In this document: positions 53,044 to 59,906 of the stretch, in pieces | How the letters are laid out: each line of letters starts with the position of its first letter | Numbering within the stretch: position 1 is the first letter of the stretch | Made by a program: the position numbers and the translations under genes | Assembly: GCA_017608305.1 (NCBI GenBank) | Contig: JAFCGC010000003.1 | Span: 1 to 59,906 of the forward strand | DNA from: Candidatus Pacearchaeota archaeon | GTDB taxonomy: Archaea; Nanobdellota; Nanobdellia; Pacearchaeales; GW2011-AR1 | DNA: 59,906 nucleotides | Direction: 5' to 3' | The notes under the pieces: generated by a model | The model's input: the letters and a program-made list of their open reading frames with translations, nothing else | What the model was told of the DNA's origin: nothing | The model's database searches: none

Positions 53044-53921
53044 AAATTGCGATCATCTATTTCAAAGAACTACAATGGACAGAAGAGCAACTAATTTTAT
53101 TCTTTAAAAAACAAAATATTGAAACAGACCCAATTGAAGTAAAAGAACTGGATCCTTCACGACTCAAAGAATACTCTTTAATCTTAAACAGAATATATGC
53201 GAGTACAGCCAATGAAAACCAATTTGATTTTAAGGAATTCATAGAAAAATTAGAGGAAATAGAAAAAGCAGGGATCAAAGTGATAAATTCTAGTTTTTGT
53301 TCAATGTGTGATTATAGCAAACACTTTGCTGCACAAGCAATGGAAAAACAAAATATTCTCACTCCAAAAACAATAAAGGTATCATCTCTAGAAGAAATTA
53401 AAAAATTTCTCTCAGAAGAAAACCCAATAATTTTTAAACCAGATACAGGAGGAAGGGGTGCAAGTATCTATAAAATAGATTCAATTGAAAAAATACCTGA
53501 AGATATTTTTTCTCAAAAAGACACAAAATCCCAAGATTTTATTATCCAACCTTTAGCAAAATCAATAATTCCTATTGATTATAGGATATTTGTATGCGGA
53601 GAGTATGTCTTATGTGTTAATGCAAGAACTCTTGTAAATGGTTGGCTCGGAAGCAGAAGTCAAGGCTCAGAAATATCATTATTAGATGAATTTCCAAAAG
53701 AACTTAAAGAAATAGCAATTAAAGCTACAAAAACAATAGATGCAGAAATAAATAGTTTAGACATTGTCCAAACTAATAAAGGGTTTTCAATAATAGAAAA
53801 CAACCCAACTCCAAATTTTAATCAAAATTATGTTGATTCTTTTGGATTTAACCCCATAGAAATTTTAGTAAACCATCTAATTAAAAATTATCTTCAAATC
53901 CCGCTTCCAAAAGAAAAATGA
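53040..53921 (+). CDS. ATP-grasp ligase (RimK/LysX-like)
   Basis: IIFKPDTGGRGASIYKI, FIIQPLA, DYRIFV, SLDIV...IIENNPTPNF. Confidence 0.75.
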   Translation: MKIAIIYFKELQWTEEQLILFFKKQNIETDPIEVKELDPSRLKEYSLILNRIYASTANENQFDFKEFIEKLEEIEKAGIKVINSSFCSMCDYSKHFAAQAMEKQNILTPKTIKVSSLEEIKKFLSEENPIIFKPDTGGRGASIYKIDSIEKIPEDIFSQKDTKSQDFIIQPLAKSIIPIDYRIFVCGEYVLCVNARTLVNGWLGSRSQGSEISLLDEFPKELKEIAIKATKTIDAEINSLDIVQTNKGFSIIENNPTPNFNQNYVDSFGFNPIEILVNHLIKNYLQIPLPKEK

Positions 53922-54877
53922 ATCTAGGAATTATTGCCAGAATTGATTATATTAATGAAATTCCAAAAGGAGACAAAATAAATTATATTAAATTCATCAC
54001 AGATTATCTCAGGAAAAAAAGAGAATTAGTTTTAATTGATTGGAGAGATATTGATAAAAATCTTGAAACATCTAGATATTTATTTTGCAATAAAGAAGGA
54101 ATTCATTTAAAAGAGAGAAAAACTCTTCTAACTAAAATTTGTGATAGTTTGTTTATTAAACAACTTGGAAAAATTCATAAAGAAAAAGAAAATTTCTTAA
54201 ATTTTCTTGATTCTCTAGAAAAATTTAGAGGAAAAATTATAAACCCTCCGCAGACAATAAAAAACAATTTATCAAAACAATATCTACTAGACTTCCAGGA
54301 AAAAGGATTTCCAATAATTCCTACAATTGAAATAAAAAACCAAATTTCACTTAAAGAATTAAAAAAATTAGATTTTTCTTTTAACCAACACTATGAAGAT
54401 AAAGCAAAAGACCTAGTAGTTAAACCAAAATTATTTGGAGAACAGGGATTTGCAGTAAGAAAATTAAGTTCATTTAAAGATCAAAAAGAATTTAAAAGAT
54501 ATTTAAAGCAAAATTCACCAATAATAGTCCAACCTTTAATAAAAGAAATTTCTGAAAAAGGGGAAAACTCTCTTATATTTCTTAAAGAAAAATTCATACA
54601 TGGAGTAAACAAATTTACAGGAAAATTCAAAATAAATTGTTGTGAAGGAATACAATGCTCTATTTATAACCCCTCTCAAAAAGAATTTGAAATAAGTAAA
54701 AAAATATTAGACTTATGGCCAGATCAAACAGATTATATGAGAATAGATTTAATCCCTTACCAAAATAAAGCTCTTATCAGTGAGATAGAAGTTGTTAATC
54801 CTGCATTTTACATAGAAAATGTGCTAGAACTAAAAGATAATTTTGCAAAAAAATTAGAAGATTTTTTTTATAAATAA
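53918..54877 (+). CDS. ATP-grasp-like ligase 2
   Basis: VVKPKLFGEQGFAVRKL, IIVQPLI, MRIDLI...ISEIEVVNPAFY. Confidence 0.55.
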   Translation: MNLGIIARIDYINEIPKGDKINYIKFITDYLRKKRELVLIDWRDIDKNLETSRYLFCNKEGIHLKERKTLLTKICDSLFIKQLGKIHKEKENFLNFLDSLEKFRGKIINPPQTIKNNLSKQYLLDFQEKGFPIIPTIEIKNQISLKELKKLDFSFNQHYEDKAKDLVVKPKLFGEQGFAVRKLSSFKDQKEFKRYLKQNSPIIVQPLIKEISEKGENSLIFLKEKFIHGVNKFTGKFKINCCEGIQCSIYNPSQKEFEISKKILDLWPDQTDYMRIDLIPYQNKALISEIEVVNPAFYIENVLELKDNFAKKLEDFFYK

Positions 54878-54878
54878 A

Positions 54879-55832
54879 ATGACAGAAGTAAAATTAATTG
54901 TTGGGGCAAATTCAATAGAAAGAATCACAACAAAACACAAATGGTATAACCCAGAACGTTATGAAGCGTTTGTTGAAGTTTTTGGAGAAGGAAATTTTGG
55001 ATTAGTTGCATCACCAGGACTAGAAAGAGAAATAATCACAGGAGAACTCTGTGAAACCGTTGTTTTAAATAAAGATCTAGAAATATTAAAAACAGAAAGA
55101 AGTGGAATTAAATCAAAATTAATCTTAGCAAGTACTTTTGAAAATCCAGATGAGACAAAAGTCTCAAGAAAAAACATGGAGAGATTTATGAATTACCTAG
55201 AAAAACAAAGAATTAAAGGTAATATAAAACACTTAGTAAACTCAAGAAAATCAAGCTTATACGAAGACAAATTAACATGCTTAGATCTAAAAGAAAAAGG
55301 AGTCAAAACACCTCCAACATATCACTTTAATACATTTAAGGAACTTAAAGCACACGTAGAAACAAATTCAAAAAATTATATTGTCAAACATAGGTTTGGA
55401 GAAGCAGGATCACAAGTATCAAAAATTAATTCCTCAAACATAGATTCTGTTCAAAATTATAATATAGAAGATTACATTGTTCAAGAAGAAATAGATCTGG
55501 TTTCTGAATCAAGAATGATTTTTGTCAACAAAGATTTTCTAGGAGCAAGAATAATTCACGATAGAAATCGTCCGTGGGACAAAAATAAGGATATCAAAAG
55601 AAAACACCAAGTTCTACCATATAAACCTTCAATCCAGGAAACAAAAGATTCAAAAAGAATCATGGAAATTACAGACACAGATTTAGGTTGTGTTGATTGG
55701 GCTTTTACAAAAAACAAAGAAAGATATTTTTTAGAATTAAATGGGGTTGGAACAGGATTAGGATATACTGGAGGACCCTATAATTTTAATAAAGAGGCAG
55801 CAAAAAGACTAAAAGAAAAATATCTAAAATGA
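54879..55832 (+). CDS. ATP-grasp-like ligase 3
   Basis: YIVKHRFGEAGSQVSKI, YIVQEEI, ESRMIFV, CVDWAF...YFLELNGVGTG. Confidence 0.55.
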   Translation: MTEVKLIVGANSIERITTKHKWYNPERYEAFVEVFGEGNFGLVASPGLEREIITGELCETVVLNKDLEILKTERSGIKSKLILASTFENPDETKVSRKNMERFMNYLEKQRIKGNIKHLVNSRKSSLYEDKLTCLDLKEKGVKTPPTYHFNTFKELKAHVETNSKNYIVKHRFGEAGSQVSKINSSNIDSVQNYNIEDYIVQEEIDLVSESRMIFVNKDFLGARIIHDRNRPWDKNKDIKRKHQVLPYKPSIQETKDSKRIMEITDTDLGCVDWAFTKNKERYFLELNGVGTGLGYTGGPYNFNKEAAKRLKEKYLK

Positions 55833-56677
55833 GTTTAGTAGCAATTATAACTCCTTCAAATCACTGTCCAAAAAAAGAAATAAATCAAGCAAAAAAGAAT
55901 CTAAAAAAATTAGAGTTCACAGAAATATTGGATTTTACTTCTAGTAAAAAATTTCTCGATAGATGGGCTGGATCTCCAAAAGAAAGATTAAAGTTATTTC
56001 AAAAAGCATTAAAATCCAAATCAAAAACAGTGTTTGCTTGTAGAGGAGGATCAGGAGTATTTCATTTTATTTTTAAACTAGATTTCAATGAAATAAAAAA
56101 GACAAATAAAACCTTTGCAGGATATAGCGATCTAACTCCCTTACTCAATAGTGTTTATCAAAAATCAGGATTAATTGCACTACACAGTCCAATGCCTACA
56201 AAAAATCTAGATAAAAAAAGCCTTCAAGCACTAAAAGATGCTCTTAAAAGAAAAAATTATGGTATAAATTTTTCAAAAAAACACATTATAAATCTTCCTA
56301 ATAAAAAAATAATTCAAGAAAAGATTATGGGGGGAAATCTAGAGAGGATTAGAGATCTTGTTGTTAGCCCATTAAAAATCAATTTCAACAATAAAATCAT
56401 ATTTATAGAAGAAGTGGATAAAACAGAACAAGGCATATTCAACTTATTAATAACTCTAAAACAATCAGGATTGTTCAAACCAAAAGCCCTCCTAATAGGA
56501 CACCTAAATATAAATAACAAAAGACTAATAATCAAAATGTTAAAACATCTTTTTCCAAAAATCCCCATTATTCTAGATCTCCCCTTTGGACACACTCTTC
56601 CAAACATAACAATTCCAATAGGAGCCAAAACAACAATTAATTTTAAAAAAGGGAAGATTTTATTTTCTTTTCCTTGA
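55829..56677 (+). CDS. S66-family LD-carboxypeptidase (LdcA/MccF-like)
   Basis: CRGGSG, nucleophile motif FAGYSDLT, IFIEEVD (Glu), LPFGHT (His). Confidence 0.8.
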   Translation: MSLVAIITPSNHCPKKEINQAKKNLKKLEFTEILDFTSSKKFLDRWAGSPKERLKLFQKALKSKSKTVFACRGGSGVFHFIFKLDFNEIKKTNKTFAGYSDLTPLLNSVYQKSGLIALHSPMPTKNLDKKSLQALKDALKRKNYGINFSKKHIINLPNKKIIQEKIMGGNLERIRDLVVSPLKINFNNKIIFIEEVDKTEQGIFNLLITLKQSGLFKPKALLIGHLNINNKRLIIKMLKHLFPKIPIILDLPFGHTLPNITIPIGAKTTINFKKGKILFSFP

Positions 56678-56715
56678 TCCAAAAATCCTTTAAACCCTCT
56701 CTTCTTCTTTTCCCT

Positions 56716-57537
56716 ATGAGAAAAAGATATAGTTTTTCATCAAGAAGAACAGGCCAAGCCAAAGATGCAAAAAACATCAAAAAACAAAAACCCAAATTTC
56801 CAGAAGTAGTTGAAAAACTCATAAAAGAATCAGAAATAATACTCCAAATACTTGATGCTAGATTCATAGATGATACAAGAAATTTAGAAATTGAAAAATA
56901 CCTAAAAGATAAAAGAAAAAAATTAATCAATGTAATAAATAAATCTGATTTAGCTCAAATTAAATACATTAAACCAAGATTAATCCCTTATGTGGTTACT
57001 TCTTGCAAAAAAAGAACAGGAATAAAACAATTAAGAGAAAAAATAAAAACAATTTCTAAACAAATTAAAAAAGAAAAAGTAATTGTGGGAATTATTGGTT
57101 ATCCTAACACAGGAAAATCTTCACTAATTAATTTACTTATAGGGAAAAAATCTGCTGGCACAGGAGCAGAAGCAGGTTATACAAAAGGGTTACAAAAATT
57201 AAAACTAGATAAAAAAATATTATTGTTTGATAGTCCAGGAGTGATTCCAAAAGAAGAATACACATCAGTAAAAAACAAAAAACTTACCAAACATGTAAAG
57301 GTGGGAGCAAGAACATGGAGCCATGTTAGAAACGCAGAACAAATAGTGGCAGAATTAATAAAAGAATTTCCAAATATATTACAAAATAAGTATAAAATTC
57401 AAACCAAAAGTCCAGAGCACCTTCTTGAAAAACTAGGTAGAAAAAAGAATTTCCTAAAAAAAGGAAATGAAGTTGATATTGACAGAACAGCTAAATCTAT
57501 CTTAAAAGATTGGCAAGACGGAAAGATTAAAATTTAA
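56716..57537 (+). CDS. circularly permuted GTPase (YlqF/RbgA-Nog2-like)
   Basis: Motif order G4 NKSDL, then G1 GYPNTGKSS, then G3 DSPG. Start at the internal MRKRY is assumed. Confidence 0.75.
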   Translation: MRKRYSFSSRRTGQAKDAKNIKKQKPKFPEVVEKLIKESEIILQILDARFIDDTRNLEIEKYLKDKRKKLINVINKSDLAQIKYIKPRLIPYVVTSCKKRTGIKQLREKIKTISKQIKKEKVIVGIIGYPNTGKSSLINLLIGKKSAGTGAEAGYTKGLQKLKLDKKILLFDSPGVIPKEEYTSVKNKKLTKHVKVGARTWSHVRNAEQIVAELIKEFPNILQNKYKIQTKSPEHLLEKLGRKKNFLKKGNEVDIDRTAKSILKDWQDGKIKI

Positions 57538-57707
57538 TTTTTCTCATCAACTTCTAAAATCATTATTTTCAAAGGGAAATAATAAGAACATTTAGGATTA
57601 TTAATTATATCATAATCACATCCATAACAAGAATCTACAGGTCTTCCTTCAATAAAGTGTGTTTTAGTTTCAAAAATTTTTTGCCAACACCTCTCTTGTA
57701 AATCCAT
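57534..57707 (-). CDS. small Cys-containing ORF (57 aa, not in ORF track)
   Basis: MDLQERCWQKIFETKTHFIEGRPVDSCYGCDYDIINNPKCSYYFPLKIMILEVDEKN. Starts 2 nt after the upstream gene's stop. Confidence 0.3.
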   Translation of the reverse strand: MDLQERCWQKIFETKTHFIEGRPVDSCYGCDYDIINNPKCSYYFPLKIMILEVDEKN

Positions 57708-57708
57708 T

Positions 57709-58017
57709 TTAATCTAAAAAATCTAATCCTCCAACCCCTTTAAATTCACCACAATACATCACTCTAACTCTTCTATTCTTATTTCTATTTATTTCAAATA
57801 AATTATCTAATAATTTATCATAATCAGAGTAACCTTCAGAACCATCACCAAAACTATAAACTAATTTCTTAACAAGATTCTTTGATTCAATGTTCCCTTT
57901 TGAGTTAACAACCATAACCTTTTCATCTATCTCTATATAAACTTCAACATCTAAAGAAATATTTTGATCATAAACACAACTATGGAATTTCCCTTCTAAA
58001 ACTTTTTCTCCAGGCAT
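57709..58017 (-). CDS. hypothetical protein
   Basis: 102-aa ORF. Confidence 0.4.
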   Translation of the reverse strand: MPGEKVLEGKFHSCVYDQNISLDVEVYIEIDEKVMVVNSKGNIESKNLVKKLVYSFGDGSEGYSDYDKLLDNLFEINRNKNRRVRVMYCGEFKGVGGLDFLD

Positions 58018-58041
58018 ACTAATAAAGGTATAGATTTATTT

Positions 58042-59559
58042 TTAAGCTTTAATATCTTTAACCATATAGGTCTTTTCTAACTTATACCCAAGTCTTTTAT
58101 AATATTCTCTAACTCCAACTCCACTTATCACACTTAATGTTTTTATTTTATTTTTCTTACAGATTTTTTCAGCTTCTTGCATTAATTCCTTTCCAATTCC
58201 AGTGTGTTGCCCTAACTTCCCTATTTCGCCTAGTTTCAACGCTTGCCCATAAACATGAAGCTCCCTTATTATAGCAAACTTACCTCGCTTTAGGTCAACC
58301 TCGCTAGGGAGATCTTTTTCATTTTTTTTATTTGTTCGGAAATTTTTATTACTATTAACATTAACCTTACTTTGAGTTTTAGTATTAACAGTTTGGGGTG
58401 GGTGGCTGGGGAGTTGGCTGGTGGGACTATTTTCATCAAACACTCTCAACCTTAACAATCCAAATAAAATATCATCTTTATTTATTATTTCTAAAAAATA
58501 TTCATCACCATCACTGGCTTTGTATTTTGTGATTTTTAATTTTAAATCCTTACTAACTTTTCCTCTATTCAATGCAAAACCAATTTCCCTATAACGAATT
58601 TCTTTCAACTTACTCTTATTTTTCCTCAATTCAGCCTCAATATCCTTACGAAGATCAATTCTAATTGTCCCTGCAACAAGATAATCAGGAGGAATTTCCC
58701 TCATTACTCTCATGACTCTACAATATCTAGGAACTAATTTCAGCATCTTCATTAATAATTTTTCTGTTTGTTCTTTGGTATAAGGTTTATATTTTTTCTT
58801 CCAATAAAGTTCTTCAAGTTCTGCTCCAGGAATAACCTGACAAGGATAAAGTTTTAATTGATCTGGCTTAAATCTATTATCTGAAAAAAGCTTCTTAAAT
58901 AATCTTAAATCTTTTTGCAAATCACTTCCAGGTAAGCCAGGCATAATATGATAACCTATTTTAAATCCAGCATTTCTAAGAGCTTTTGTTGCCTCAACTA
59001 CCTCCTTAACTGTATGTCCTCTTTTAACTTTTTTATAAATTTCATCATCAATAATTTGAACACCCAACTCAACTCTTGTACAACCAAACTCCCTCATCCT
59101 ATCAATATACTCAATACAAACATCGGGTCTTGTTTCAACACAAAGAGCAACACACCTGTGTTTTGATTTTTCATTTAATTTTTGAGCAGAAATCAAATCT
59201 TTAGATCTTTTACTATTAAGAGCCTCATAAAGTTCTTTAATAAATTTATATTGAAACTTTTTACCATATTCTAAAAAAGTTCCTCCCATGATAATTAATT
59301 CAACCTTATCTGTTGGATGAATCATTGCTTGAAATGCTTTTATTCTAGCTTGCACTTGTTTAAATGCATTATACTTAACTCTTCTAGCCCTCATAACAAC
59401 AGGAGATTTAGGGGTATAACTCTGAGGCACATTTAAACTAGGACAATAAACACAACTACCATGATTACATTTCCGGGGAGGAAGCATAACTGCTATAGGA
59501 GTTATACCTGATATTGTTCTTGTTGGCTTTCTAATCTCTCCATGTTTTGGAATTAACAT
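58042..59559 (-). CDS. elp3: Elp3 (radical SAM plus GNAT tRNA U34 modification enzyme) carrying a 48-codon insertion
   Basis: CNHGSCVYCP cluster, IIMGGTF, C-terminal IRELHVYG and QHTGIGKELM (GNAT). Confidence 0.9.
   Translation of the reverse strand: MLIPKHGEIRKPTRTISGITPIAVMLPPRKCNHGSCVYCPSLNVPQSYTPKSPVVMRARRVKYNAFKQVQARIKAFQAMIHPTDKVELIIMGGTFLEYGKKFQYKFIKELYEALNSKRSKDLISAQKLNEKSKHRCVALCVETRPDVCIEYIDRMREFGCTRVELGVQIIDDEIYKKVKRGHTVKEVVEATKALRNAGFKIGYHIMPGLPGSDLQKDLRLFKKLFSDNRFKPDQLKLYPCQVIPGAELEELYWKKKYKPYTKEQTEKLLMKMLKLVPRYCRVMRVMREIPPDYLVAGTIRIDLRKDIEAELRKNKSKLKEIRYREIGFALNRGKVSKDLKLKITKYKASDGDEYFLEIINKDDILFGLLRLRVFDENSPTSQLPSHPPQTVNTKTQSKVNVNSNKNFRTNKKNEKDLPSEVDLKRGKFAIIRELHVYGQALKLGEIGKLGQHTGIGKELMQEAEKICKKNKIKTLSVISGVGVREYYKRLGYKLEKTYMVKDIKA
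58285..58428 (-). repeat. C-rich in-frame insertion element, Elp3 copy (144 nt)
   Basis: Coding strand AGTCCCACCAGCCAACTCCCCAGCCACCCACCCCAAACTGTTAATACTAAAA...AAGCGA. Homologous to 42345..42443. Confidence 0.75.
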
Positions 59560-59906
59560 AAAAATACAGAATAAAGTTTGTTTAAAAAGATAGTGATTGG
59601 CCTATTTTCTAGAGTAAATAATCTGCCCAATCCAAAATAAGAGCTTATAAAGAAAGGATAAGAAATAAATAATTACCTGATTTTTTACACTATAATAATA
59701 TTTAAAAATAGGAAAAACAACAAAAAGTTATATGGAAAATAGGAGAAGGATACTATCTCGCGATAAAAAAACATTGACTTTAGATGATTTGGATGTGACA
59801 TCCTCTGTCACCTAAAGGTTTGATGCTTCGCATCAAATCCTCGCTTTGCTCGGATGACAGCGTCCTTAATATGCATGGTGCAACTCTTGATTCTGAACAT
59901 AACTTA

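Noticed and set aside
1-59906. I looked for CRISPR repeats, a reverse transcriptase with TR/VR pairs (DGRs are common in DPANN), transposases, integrases and rRNA genes.
   Set aside because: None was recognised on reading the ORF translations and intergenic regions. The LamG and lectin-like domains show no nearby template repeat that I could see. A formal repeat search would be needed to exclude a distant TR.

Overview
AT-rich (roughly 30% GC by eye) archaeal chromosome segment. It is probably from a small-genome DPANN-type archaeon. That is an inference from the L7Ae-S28e-L24e operon, Kae1, Elp3, two tRNAs with canonical 37/38 introns, a tRNA-Ile with a UAU anticodon, and giant surface proteins. 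Layout: (1) 1.7-8.3 kb is an accessory island: HD hydrolase, GIY-YIG, radical SAM, RelE/AbrB toxin-antitoxin, Fic, a graspetide-like RiPP locus and a Cas4-like nuclease. Its spacers carry five same-orientation copies of a GC-rich 13-mer. (2) 8.3-13.7 kb is gyrB, four small translationally coupled ORFs, then gyrA, which is broken at a G6 run. (3) 14.7-40.1 kb is one 14-gene, single-strand block (about 8,350 aa summed from ORF lengths). It encodes a 3710-aa multidomain surface protein, further large secreted or anchored proteins, and a MoxR-DUF58-VWA module. (4) 40.3-51.2 kb holds ribosomal proteins, Kae1, small paralogues, a tandem Lrp-like regulator, metallopeptidase-like genes, a phosphoesterase, an MBL hydrolase and an Obg-family GTPase. 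(5) Two intron-containing tRNAs lie at 51.3 and 51.9 kb. (6) 52.3-56.7 kb is a tightly coupled operon: Asp racemase, three ATP-grasp ligases and an S66 LD-carboxypeptidase. (7) A circularly permuted GTPase and Elp3 follow. No rRNA, CRISPR array, transposase, integrase or reverse transcriptase was recognised. Most notable: a 100-145 nt C-rich segment, homologous at the DNA level, is inserted in frame in both Kae1 and Elp3 and is read in different frames internally. Other highlights are the graspetide-like locus, the 13-mer-delimited cassette-like island, the racemase/ATP-grasp/peptidase operon and the surface-protein super-operon. Four genes are interrupted at or near homopolymer runs, so homopolymer assembly error must be considered before calling pseudogenes.
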